DNA from: Thermoanaerobaculia bacterium
Lineage (GTDB): Bacteria; Acidobacteriota; Thermoanaerobaculia; Multivoradales; Multivoraceae
Assembly (NCBI GenBank): GCA_965232105.1
Contig: OZ246956.1
Location: 1,666,499-1,730,498 of the forward strand
Length of the DNA stretch: 64,000 bases
Reading direction: 5' to 3'
Part shown: in pieces, positions 38,894-47,400 of the stretch
Numbering within the stretch: position 1 is the stretch's first letter
How the letters are laid out: the number at the start of each line of letters is the position of its first letter
Notes under the pieces: generated by a model
Databases searched by the model: none
The model's input: the letters and a program-made list of their open reading frames with translations, nothing else
What the model was told of the DNA's origin: nothing
Position numbers and translations under genes: made by a program

Positions 38894-40060
38894 ATGATTC
38901 AGCGTCGTGCCGAGCAGAGAATCGTCCGTGGCCTCAACGAAGCGCCGGCGGTGGCGCTCTTGGGCCCACGCCAGGTCGGCAAGACCACTCTGGCCCGCGC
39001 TATCGCCGAGCAGGTGCCGGACAGCATCTACCTCGACCTGGAGAACCAGGCCCATGCTGCCCGGCTTGCCCAGCCGGCCGCCTACCTGGAACGCCATGCC
39101 GATCGTCTTGTCATCCTGGACGAGGTCCAGCGCATACCGGGGCTATTCGAGGTGCTGCGGGGGCAGATCGACCAGCGTCGCCGGCTGGGCCATCGCGCCA
39201 GGCAGTTCCTGCTTCTCGGTTCCGCGTCCCAGACCCTGCTAAGGCAATCGGCGGAGTCGCTGGCGGGGCGCCTCGTCTACGACGAGCTGCCTGGACTCGA
39301 CATGTTGGAGACTGCCCCCGAACGCGACCGGCTCTGGGTGCGGGGCGGCTTCCCGGACCCGTTCCTGGCGAAGAGCGACGCGGCCGCGGCCCGTTGGAGA
39401 CTCAGCTTCATCCGTACCTACCTTGAACGGGACATCCCGCAGTTCGGCGTCCGCGTTCCGGCCGAGACCCTGAACAGGTTCTGGACCATGCTCGCCCACC
39501 GCCAGGGCGGCCTGCTGAACGCGTCGCAACTGGCCCGCAGCATGGATGTCTCCGTGCCCGCGATCGGTCGCTATGTCGATCTCCTGGTCGACCTCATGCT
39601 CGTGCGCAGGCTGCAGCCGTACTTCGTGAACGTCGGCAAGCGGCTCGTCAAGTCGCCGAAGGTGTACATCCGGGACAGCGGTCTTCTGCACACCCTTCTC
39701 GGCCTCACGACCTTTGACGATGTGCTTTCGCACCCGATTGTCGGGCCAAGCTGGGAGGGCTTCGCGATCGAGAATCTGATCGCTGCCGCGCCGTTCGGCA
39801 CGATCCCGTGGTTCTACCGCACCCGGGCCGGCGCCGAGATCGATCTCCTGCTGCAGTTGCCCGACCAACAGCTGTGGGCGATCGAGGTCAAGAGATCGTC
39901 GGCGCCGCGCACGAGCCGCGGCTTCGAACTCGCCTCCGGCGACCTGAATGCGGCAAGACGCATGGTGGTGTACTCGGGAGACGAGGAGTTTCCCCTTTCG
40001 GAGAGCACGACCGCAGCGCCGCTGGAGAGCGTCATGGCTTGTCTTGCGAAGATGGGTTGA
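38894..40060 (+). CDS. AAA-domain ATPase with C-terminal DUF4143
   Basis: Walker A LLGPRQVGKTT, Walker B LVILDEVQ. The C-terminal region is typical of the DUF4143-containing family. The ATG at 38894 follows an AT-richer stretch containing a small palindrome AACGG-TTA-CCGTT (38869-38881). Confidence 0.7.
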   Translation: MIQRRAEQRIVRGLNEAPAVALLGPRQVGKTTLARAIAEQVPDSIYLDLENQAHAARLAQPAAYLERHADRLVILDEVQRIPGLFEVLRGQIDQRRRLGHRARQFLLLGSASQTLLRQSAESLAGRLVYDELPGLDMLETAPERDRLWVRGGFPDPFLAKSDAAAARWRLSFIRTYLERDIPQFGVRVPAETLNRFWTMLAHRQGGLLNASQLARSMDVSVPAIGRYVDLLVDLMLVRRLQPYFVNVGKRLVKSPKVYIRDSGLLHTLLGLTTFDDVLSHPIVGPSWEGFAIENLIAAAPFGTIPWFYRTRAGAEIDLLLQLPDQQLWAIEVKRSSAPRTSRGFELASGDLNAARRMVVYSGDEEFPLSESTTAAPLESVMACLAKMG

Positions 40061-40129
40061 GGTGCCTTCATGCGTTTCCGGGAGTTCATCGAGGAGCGAC
40101 ACGATCTCGCCGCGACGCCGGCAAGCCGC

Positions 40130-41014
40130 CTACCGCGGCACCAGCGCCACGATCCGCACCGGGGCGCCGGTGCCGCCTTCGATCTTCATCGGCAGGGCGA
40201 CGAGCAGGAAGCCGGTCTCCGGGAGTTCCGACAGGTCGCCGACGTTCTCCAGGTTGGGCACGCCGGCGGCGCCTCCGATCTGGTGGACGATGAAGTCGGT
40301 CGACTGGCCGTAGTCGACGCTGGCGGTGTCGATGCCGAGCATGCCGATGCCCCGCTCTTCGATCAGCAGGCGGGCCGCGTCCTCGCCGACGCCGGGGAAG
40401 TGGAGGTTGCTCGCATCGCCGGGCGTGTCGTCGCCGAGGTAGGCGAGGGCGTCGGGCCAGCGTTCCGGCCAGCCGGTGCGGATGAGGACGGCGGCGCCGG
40501 CCGGCACCGGGCCGTGCAGTTCTTCCCAGGCGCCGATGTCCCCGGCGGTCACGAGATAGTCCGGGTCGGCGGCTGCCTGCTCGCTGACGTCGACGACGAT
40601 GCCGGGCAGGATGAGCCGGTCGAGCGGGATCGAGGCGACGTCGTCGCCGCCCTCGGCGAAGTGGACCGGAGCGTCGAGGTGGGTGCCGCCGTGCTCGGCG
40701 GTCGCGAACTGCTTGGCGGCGTAGAAGTAGCCGGCTTCCGTGTGGCCCTCGGCGAGGGTTTCGAGCGCGAAGCCGCGGGTGTCGGTGGGCCAGTAGAGCG
40801 TGTTGCCGCCGTAGGCGTGGCTGAGGTCGATCATGCGCCAGCCGGCGACGGCTTCCACGCCGACCGGCTCGGCCGCCTCCTCGGGCGGCGGGACGGCGCA
40901 GGCGGCGACGAGCAGCGGGCAGGTGAGGCAGAGCAGAAGGAAAGCCGCCGTTCCGCCACTGGGTGCGATGCGCGTGTTTCCAGGGCGGGAGAGGTGGTCC
41001 TGTGGTCGGGTCAT
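40130..41014 (-). CDS. Putative cyclase-family protein (kynurenine-formamidase-like), secreted
   Basis: Signal peptide. HxGTHxDxPxH motif (EHGGTHLDAPVHF). 294 aa. The N-terminal coding region contains a 16-mer shared with repeat family R1. Confidence 0.7.
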   Translation of the reverse strand: MTRPQDHLSRPGNTRIAPSGGTAAFLLLCLTCPLLVAACAVPPPEEAAEPVGVEAVAGWRMIDLSHAYGGNTLYWPTDTRGFALETLAEGHTEAGYFYAAKQFATAEHGGTHLDAPVHFAEGGDDVASIPLDRLILPGIVVDVSEQAAADPDYLVTAGDIGAWEELHGPVPAGAAVLIRTGWPERWPDALAYLGDDTPGDASNLHFPGVGEDAARLLIEERGIGMLGIDTASVDYGQSTDFIVHQIGGAAGVPNLENVGDLSELPETGFLLVALPMKIEGGTGAPVRIVALVPR

Positions 41015-41044
41015 CGGCTTCCTCCTCCTGGGCTCTCGGTCCGC

Positions 41045-42112
41045 CTACAACGCCAGCGCGGTCGAGAAGTCCGGCACCCCCTCCCAGCGCCCCGGGTCGC
41101 TCGCCCGCATCACCGCGATCGTCTTGATCGCCTCGGGGTTCGCGATGCCGTGGGGCATCTGGCCGGTCAGCACGCGGATCACGTTCTCGGCCTGGCGGAT
41201 CGGGCACTCGCCCAGGAACACCGGCGAGAACCCGGCGATGTGCGGGGTCACGATGCAGTTGGGCAGCTTCAGCAGCGGATCGTCCGGGTCGATCGGTTCC
41301 TTTTCGGTCACGTCGAGCGCGGCGGCTTCGATCCGGCCTTCGGCGAGCGCTTCGGCCAGCGCCGCACCGTCGATGATCGGTCCCCGGGCCGCGTTGACGA
41401 GCAGTGCCGTGGGCTTCATCAGGGCGAGCGTGTCGGCGTTGATCAGGTGCCGTGTTTCGTCGGTCGCCGAGCAGTGGATCGTCACGTAGTCGGCCTCGGC
41501 CAGCAGCTCCTCGAGCGGCACGAGCTGCACGCCGTAGAGGTCGGCGGTGACCTGGTCGACGTACGGGTCGGCGGCGATGATCCGCGCCGGTCCGAAGCCG
41601 CGAGCCCGGCTGGCGAAGGCGCGGCCGATGTTGCCGAAGCCGATGATGCCGACCGTGTGGCCGGCGATCCGCCGGACGCGGGTGAGGAGCCCGATCATCG
41701 ATTCCCGATGGCCCCAGCGGCCCTCGCGGGTAGTGCCGGCGGCGTCGACGACGCGCCGGGTGAGCGCGAGCATCAGCGCCATCGCGTGGTCCGCGACCTC
41801 GGTCGTGTTGGAACCCGGCACGTTGGTCGCCAGGATGCCGAGTTCGGTCGCCGCGTCGAGGTCGATCGAGTCGACGCCGACCCCCAGCCGGCTGACCACC
41901 TTGAGCTTCGGGCACCGCTCGAGCACTGAGCGCGAGGTCAGCGGCATGACGCCGACCAGGGCGCCGTCGGCGTCGGACATCAGGTCGGCCAGGTCGTCCT
42001 CGTTGCGGCAGACGCCCTCCACCGTCTCGAACCCCTGCGCCTCGATCAAATCCCCGCGATTGAAGGGGCTCTTCTGCATCGCTACTTTCACGTTCTGCTC
42101 CTTGGCCCGCAT
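41045..42112 (-). CDS. D-isomer-specific 2-hydroxyacid dehydrogenase (phosphoglycerate-dehydrogenase-like), NAD-binding
   Basis: GxGxxG NAD motif GIIGFGNIGRA. Catalytic R/E/H pattern (VNAARG...D...TPHIAG). 355 aa in the ORF track; the ATG at codon 12 is the likely start. Confidence 0.75.
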   Translation of the reverse strand: MRAKEQNVKVAMQKSPFNRGDLIEAQGFETVEGVCRNEDDLADLMSDADGALVGVMPLTSRSVLERCPKLKVVSRLGVGVDSIDLDAATELGILATNVPGSNTTEVADHAMALMLALTRRVVDAAGTTREGRWGHRESMIGLLTRVRRIAGHTVGIIGFGNIGRAFASRARGFGPARIIAADPYVDQVTADLYGVQLVPLEELLAEADYVTIHCSATDETRHLINADTLALMKPTALLVNAARGPIIDGAALAEALAEGRIEAAALDVTEKEPIDPDDPLLKLPNCIVTPHIAGFSPVFLGECPIRQAENVIRVLTGQMPHGIANPEAIKTIAVMRASDPGRWEGVPDFSTALAL

Positions 42113-42194
42113 ACCTCGCGGCGGGGTTGAGATCGGGTCTCCGACCGGGGTTGGTTCAAGCCTCTACGGTCAAACATGCTGATCAGACGACGGG

Positions 42195-42974
42195 TCAGAC
42201 GACGGGGCAGAGCCCGCCGTCCAGGTTGATCGCCGTTCCGGTGATGTAGGCGCCGCGCTCCGAGACGAGGAACGCGATCAGGTCGGCGTACTCCTCCGCC
42301 TCGCCGACGCGGCCCAGGGGGACGCGCTTGCCCATTGCCTCGTAGATCGAGTCGACGTCTGTGCCCTGGCCCGCCGCCCGGCGCACCCACTGGTCGCTCT
42401 TGATCAGGCCGATGCATATCGTGTTGACGCGGATCCGGTCCGCGGCCAGTTCGTTGGCGAGGGACTTGGTCAGGTTGATGCCGGCGGCACGGGTGACGCT
42501 GGTCGGCAGCGCCCGCGCCGGCGCTGCCTTGCCGCCCCCGATCGTCGCGTTGACGATCGCGCCGCCGCCGCGCTCGCGCATCGACGGCACGACGCCGCGG
42601 CAGAATCGCACCGCGCCCATCACCTTGAGCTGGATGTCGGCGAGCCAGGCGTCGTCGTCCAGCGCTTCGATGCCTTGCGCGGCGGACGCGCCGGCGTTGT
42701 TGATCAGGATGTCGACCCCGCCGAACTCGGCCGTCACCGCGTCGATGAAGCAGTCGACGTCGGCCGCGGAGGTCACGTCGGCGGGCTGGGCGAAGACCGC
42801 GCCGCCGCCCGCCGCGCGCAGCTCGTCGGCGGCCCGCTGCAGGTTCTCCGCCCGGCGCGCGCAGATCGCGACGCGGGCGCCTTCGCTTACGAGGCGACGC
42901 GCCGTCGCGAGCCCCATCCCATCGCTGCCGCCAGTGACGATCGCCACCTTGCCTTCAAGACCAAGTTCCAGCAT
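42195..42974 (-). CDS. SDR-family oxidoreductase (3-oxoacyl-ACP reductase-like)
   Basis: TGGSDGMGLA, NNAG, a YxxxK-type region, and the C-terminal ITGTAINLDGG. 259 aa. Confidence 0.8.
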   Translation of the reverse strand: MLELGLEGKVAIVTGGSDGMGLATARRLVSEGARVAICARRAENLQRAADELRAAGGGAVFAQPADVTSAADVDCFIDAVTAEFGGVDILINNAGASAAQGIEALDDDAWLADIQLKVMGAVRFCRGVVPSMRERGGGAIVNATIGGGKAAPARALPTSVTRAAGINLTKSLANELAADRIRVNTICIGLIKSDQWVRRAAGQGTDVDSIYEAMGKRVPLGRVGEAEEYADLIAFLVSERGAYITGTAINLDGGLCPVV

Positions 42975-43029
42975 CCGCCGACTCCTGTTGTCCGTGATCG
43001 GGTACCCGAGTGTGCCTGTGCCGAGGCAG

Positions 43030-43225
43030 GGTGCGCAAGCTCCGCCACTGGGTGCGTCGGCGTCTCCGCCGGCATCCGTGCGCGATGCCGCGAAGCGGCG
43101 AGCCCGAGTCGGTCGGGCTGTGCGGCTATGCAGGATCGAGCCAGCCTGCGGCTGGCGCTGCTACCTGGCCGCCTGCCGCGGCAGCCGGCGGGACGCCGGC
43201 GCACCCAGTGGGCGGCGCAAGTCAG
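43030..43225. repeat. Copy B of repeat family R1, as a MITE-like unit. It has inverted 16-mers CTCCGCCACTGGGTGCG (43040-43056) and GCGCACCCAGTGGGCGG (43200-43216) flanking about 140 bp. It contains the 52-bp block shared with 15975-16029 and a segment related to family R2 (CATCCGTGCGCGATGCC)
   Basis: Direct sequence comparison. Relative to the paralogous locus at 47344-47400, this locus has about 155 extra bp between the GCGCAAGCTCC(G/A)CC and CAGTCAGCC anchors. Confidence 0.5.
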
Positions 43226-44770
43226 TCAGCCCGTCTGCCGCGCAGCCTCCCGCAACGGCGCCACCACCTCCTCGTAACGGGAATCCGCGCGTAGTTCCTC
43301 CAGGTCGGCATCGTTCTCGATCCAGTTCAGGTGCGGGAAGCCGTGCGTGATCGCCGATTCGAGGTACGCCATGCCGCGTTCCGCGTTTCCGCAGACCGTA
43401 GAGATGCAGGCCAAGTTGTAGAGCGCCACGGCGTCTTGAGGATCCAGGACCTCCGCGCGCGCCGCCCACTTCAGGGCTTCTTCTGTCCGACCGTCGTAGG
43501 CAAGAACGACCGCTCCCAGGTAAAGCGCGCGCTGGTCGTCGGGGTAGCGCAACAGACGCCTTCGCACCCTGGCGAGCGTGAGCTCCTGGAGCCGTGCCGC
43601 TTCAGTGGTCCGGCCAAGCGCGGAGAGAGCCTCGGTGCAGAGGGAGCAGGGGGCGTAGGCCGTCGGATCGGCCTCGATGGCCCGGAAAAAGAAGGGGACC
43701 GCTTCCTCCAGCCGGCCTTGGCCAAATTGGTGACGGGCGAAGTTGTGATTCGCCTCGAAACTCAGCGGATCGAGTTCCAGGGCGCGCTGGAAATGCACTT
43801 CGGCCTCGTCCAAGCGGCCAGCGCTACTGAGAGTCATCGCTCTCGCCGAGTGCGTCTCCGCGACTTCGGGCGCCAGCTCAAGGGCTCGAGCACTCGACTC
43901 GTCCGCGAGTCTGAGGTTCTCCAAGCTCGGTTCGTGGGACAGGTAGAGGTACGCGGAGCAGTGCGCGGATGCCGCGTGGGCCAGGGCGTACTCGGGATCG
44001 AGCCGGACCGCCTCCCCGAACAGCCGCCGCGCCTCGTAGTAGGTCCTCTTGCGCCCCTGGTGGTAGCGACTGCGCCCCCGCAGGTAGAGGTCGTAGGCCT
44101 TGCTGGATGCCGTGCGTCTTGCTTCGTGGCGCTGCGCTTCCGGCGCCAGGTGGAGTTCCAGGGTCTCGGCGATCAGACCCGCCGTCTGGTCCTGCAGGAC
44201 GAAGATCTGTTGCGAATGCCGCTGCCACTGCTCGGACCAGACCTGGATTCCGGTGCGCGCGTCGGTCACCTCGACGCCGATGCGGAGTTCGTCGCCATCC
44301 TTTCGGACCATGCCGGCCAGCACCAGGTCGACGCCGACCTGCCGCCCCACCTCCCGGGGATCGGCCAGCGCGTCGTATTGGAAGGACACGCCGCGAGCCG
44401 TCACCCGGAGGCCGACGATGTGCGCGAGCCGGTGGAGGATCTCCTCCGCCATCCCTTCGCAGAGGTGTGCCTGATCTCGCTGTGGACTCCGGTCGGCGAA
44501 CGGCAGGACGGCGATGCCCCGCTCTTTCTTCGGGGCCGTTGACTCGGCGACCGAGGGGGCGCCTTCCGGCGCGGCCAGATCCTCGATCACCGGGCCGGTG
44601 AAGCGGAATCCGCGCCCGTACAAGGTGGTGATCCAGTCGGCACTGCCGCCGTCGGCGAGTACCTTCCGTGCTCCGCTGACCGCCCGGTTGACCGCCGATT
44701 CCGACACGTAGGTGTCGCGCCAAATGTTCTGGAGCAGCTCTTCCTTGGACACGACCCGATCCCGGACCTC
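43226..44770 (-). CDS. N-terminally truncated paralog of the CadC-like winged-helix + TPR regulator (lacks the first ~45 aa of the DNA-binding domain); possibly non-functional
   Basis: About 85% identical to the 47380-49044 product from RDRVVSKEELL onward. Upstream of that point the sequence diverges, and an in-frame TAG follows 10 codons further up. TPR-like repeats in the C-terminal two-thirds. Confidence 0.55.
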   Translation of the reverse strand, partial: EVRDRVVSKEELLQNIWRDTYVSESAVNRAVSGARKVLADGGSADWITTLYGRGFRFTGPVIEDLAAPEGAPSVAESTAPKKERGIAVLPFADRSPQRDQAHLCEGMAEEILHRLAHIVGLRVTARGVSFQYDALADPREVGRQVGVDLVLAGMVRKDGDELRIGVEVTDARTGIQVWSEQWQRHSQQIFVLQDQTAGLIAETLELHLAPEAQRHEARRTASSKAYDLYLRGRSRYHQGRKRTYYEARRLFGEAVRLDPEYALAHAASAHCSAYLYLSHEPSLENLRLADESSARALELAPEVAETHSARAMTLSSAGRLDEAEVHFQRALELDPLSFEANHNFARHQFGQGRLEEAVPFFFRAIEADPTAYAPCSLCTEALSALGRTTEAARLQELTLARVRRRLLRYPDDQRALYLGAVVLAYDGRTEEALKWAARAEVLDPQDAVALYNLACISTVCGNAERGMAYLESAITHGFPHLNWIENDADLEELRADSRYEEVVAPLREAARQTG

Positions 44771-44784
44771 AGTTTGCTTTTGGC

Positions 44785-46962
44785 ATGTTCGCCATCGCTA
44801 CCTTGGCGCCGTTGCCGGTTAGCGCGCAGGTACTCTTCACTTTGGCGTCAGAGCGGGACCTTCCGGGCACCCTGGTTTCCGCGAGCGTCGACGACGACTT
44901 CGGTCCCTCCTCGCCGCGGCTGCCGATTCGGCTCGACGCTGAGTTACTGGCGTCCGCGCCCGACGTCTTGCTGGTTTCGCCTGGGGGCGACCACGTCCAT
45001 GCGCTGAACAGGATCCACTTCGAGACCCTTGAGGACGGAACGATCGTCTGGGGCGGTTCGATGGAGGGCCAAGGCTACGAGAGCGCGTTGTTCGTCGTGG
45101 ACGCCGGGACCAACGCGACTGCCGGTAGCTTCGAGACGCCCCACGGCTCGTTCATGCTGCGCGCGCGGGGTGAATCCGGCTACGTGGCATCGGAGAGCAA
45201 GAGTGGCCCGCCGGCCGATTTAGATTGGTGCAATGACGTTGCCGAGCCTGCTTCGGCGTCATCACGGCTTCCGATCCGGGTTGAACTCGAGTCACCTGAA
45301 GCGGCCGGCACCCCTTCTGTAGCCTCTGGAGTGTCGGCGGCGCGAGACCGCTGGACAATCGATGTCGCATTCCTCCTGACGCCGTGGGCCGTGGATTTCA
45401 TCAGGCTGAATCTCCGATCGACTCGCGGGGTTGAGACCGCGCACATGATCGCCTTCGCGAACCAGGTCTTCCGGAATTCAGGATCCAAAGCCCGGTTGCG
45501 CCGAGCCGGAAAACGGGAGATGGAGTATTGGCATGGCGCTTCGTTTGACACGACCTCGAACCTGATGGGGGCAATGGCGCGGACCGACTTGAACATGATC
45601 CACGCCTATCGCCGTCACACCGGAGCCGACTTGGTGCACGTCCTGAGCAAGAACTGGCGCAACGCCGGCATCCTTTGCGGTCAGGCTCAGATTTTTCTTC
45701 GCGGAGAAACCCCACAGCAGATGGCGATGAAAGCGTTTTCTTTCACTGACTATGGCTGTCAGGCGCAATGGGACTTGTCTGCTAAATGGACGTTTCTGCA
45801 CGAGATCGGACACAACCTCGGCCTCAACCATAATCGTGAGGTTGCGCACTACGGCAGGGATCGGGCGCGCGGGTCACGCGACGGCTACGGATACCTCTCC
45901 AATCCGCTCGCGGAGCACCGGAAGTACCCGCTGTTCAAACAGCACTGGGTTCCGGGCGCCGGCCGCCTCTGGCCATATTCCCTGTTGCCGGTGGACCAGT
46001 TGCCAACTTTGGCCAATCAGGGGGCGTTCACGATAATGGCCTACGACCCCGATGGCAACGGTCGCGACTGGGACTTTGACCACGGCACCCCGCCAGAGGA
46101 TCGATGGCAGGCTGTCCCATTCTTCTCCGCCGGAGACAGCATCACGTTGCACGCCGGCGAGCACGGACTCGTCGGTGATCCGGAGAAGCGGTGGAAGCTC
46201 GGCTACGGGCGCAGCGACTCCGTGGAACTCATGAAGGATACTGTGCCGAAGATCGCCAGGCTCAGCGACTGGCAATACGACCTTTCGTTGACTGCGACTC
46301 GGCTCAGGGTAACCAACGCGTTGCATACCAGGGACGGCGACATGCACGTCACACTGGAGTGGGACGACAACTCGAAGGACGAGTCCGCTTTCCAGATCCG
46401 AGTTTGGGAAGTAGAGGAAAGAACTTTCACTGACCCGATCGGAACCTACACAGCGTATGTACTGGGGCGCATATTACCGGTTCGATTTGTTATGGGCATG
46501 CCCGGCAGGGGCCGGCGAAGCGCGTCGTTCAGTTGGCCGAGCAGCGAGAAGCAGCTCGCCATCCGAATGACGACGGAAAACAAGGACGGTCCGGTGTGGA
46601 GCTGGTGGGCTCGGGAAGAGTGGAAGGACGAGGCTTGGAAGAATGGCGAGCCGGGTGTAGATGCGGTGTCGGCGGGGCGAATCGGCCCTGTTCAGTCCCC
46701 GGAATGCACACCCCGGTTCTCTATGGCTGTCTCGCCCAGCCTCAAGCTTGGCGAGGCCGATGTGATGTTCTATCTGGAGGACCTCACCCCTTGTGGTCAC
46801 TTGATCGGGCGCCAGTATGAACTGGACGGCAGTCCTGTCGAGTTCAGCGGAGACTCAGTGCAGACGACGGTAGAAACCGGGCGTGAGTACACGGCGGTTA
46901 TCCGAGTCCGGAACCGCTACGGCTTCGCGGAGTCCGACCCGTACACCTTCAAGCTTCCATGA
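44785..46962 (+). CDS. Zinc metalloprotease of the metzincin clan (reprolysin/M12B-like), 725 aa, with a large C-terminal extension
   Basis: HEIGHNLGLNHN (HExxHxxGxxH). A downstream Met-turn candidate AFTIMAYDP. Visibly lower G+C than the neighbours. Flanked by the two copies of the regulator. Confidence 0.65.
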   Translation: MFAIATLAPLPVSAQVLFTLASERDLPGTLVSASVDDDFGPSSPRLPIRLDAELLASAPDVLLVSPGGDHVHALNRIHFETLEDGTIVWGGSMEGQGYESALFVVDAGTNATAGSFETPHGSFMLRARGESGYVASESKSGPPADLDWCNDVAEPASASSRLPIRVELESPEAAGTPSVASGVSAARDRWTIDVAFLLTPWAVDFIRLNLRSTRGVETAHMIAFANQVFRNSGSKARLRRAGKREMEYWHGASFDTTSNLMGAMARTDLNMIHAYRRHTGADLVHVLSKNWRNAGILCGQAQIFLRGETPQQMAMKAFSFTDYGCQAQWDLSAKWTFLHEIGHNLGLNHNREVAHYGRDRARGSRDGYGYLSNPLAEHRKYPLFKQHWVPGAGRLWPYSLLPVDQLPTLANQGAFTIMAYDPDGNGRDWDFDHGTPPEDRWQAVPFFSAGDSITLHAGEHGLVGDPEKRWKLGYGRSDSVELMKDTVPKIARLSDWQYDLSLTATRLRVTNALHTRDGDMHVTLEWDDNSKDESAFQIRVWEVEERTFTDPIGTYTAYVLGRILPVRFVMGMPGRGRRSASFSWPSSEKQLAIRMTTENKDGPVWSWWAREEWKDEAWKNGEPGVDAVSAGRIGPVQSPECTPRFSMAVSPSLKLGEADVMFYLEDLTPCGHLIGRQYELDGSPVEFSGDSVQTTVETGREYTAVIRVRNRYGFAESDPYTFKLP

Positions 46963-47343
46963 ACGGGCTCTTGGCAAGGTCTCGTGTGGAATGTGAGTGA
47001 ATCGGCGTAGAGGTTGCGTCCGCCGAGGTGGAAGTGGTCTCGCGAGCCCGCTCGTGGAGCGTCCGGGTTTGATTTGAGATCGGGCCTCTTCCGGCGGAAG
47101 ATTCAAGTGCTGACAGGTGTTTGTCGAGTCCGCAGGAGTGAGGCCCATCAAGACAGGCCTGGAGGTGTTCCCTGGGCGGCGAGTACCGCAAGACGAAGGT
47201 AGCGCTCAGTCTGACATGGGGCTTGACCACGAGGGCCGTGTGTAGCGCACTTGGTTGGCTCGGCATTTGAGCGCTCCGGGCAACGCCGTTCCGTCCCCCG
47301 AGCTGTTCGCGTCAAGCGTGGGTGCGCCTGGCACGGGTAGACC

Positions 47344-47400
47344 CGCGCAAGCTCCACCCAGTGGCCGGCGCACCGACAGTCAGCCCGCCTGCCGCGCAGC
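47344..47400. repeat. Short copy of repeat family R1 (CGCGCAAGCTCCACCCAGTGGCCGGCGCACCGACAGTCAGCCCGCCTGCCGCGCAGCC), downstream of regulator paralog 2
   Basis: Collinear with 43031-43050 + 43205-43240 of copy B but lacking the internal ~155 bp. Confidence 0.35.

Noticed and set aside
46963-47343. About 380-bp non-coding gap downstream of the metzincin gene, examined for a tRNA/small RNA
   Set aside because: No cloverleaf-compatible motifs (no GTTCRANYC T-loop, no conserved D-loop) and no convincing stem-loop-plus-U-tract. It is probably just the decayed junction of the duplication.
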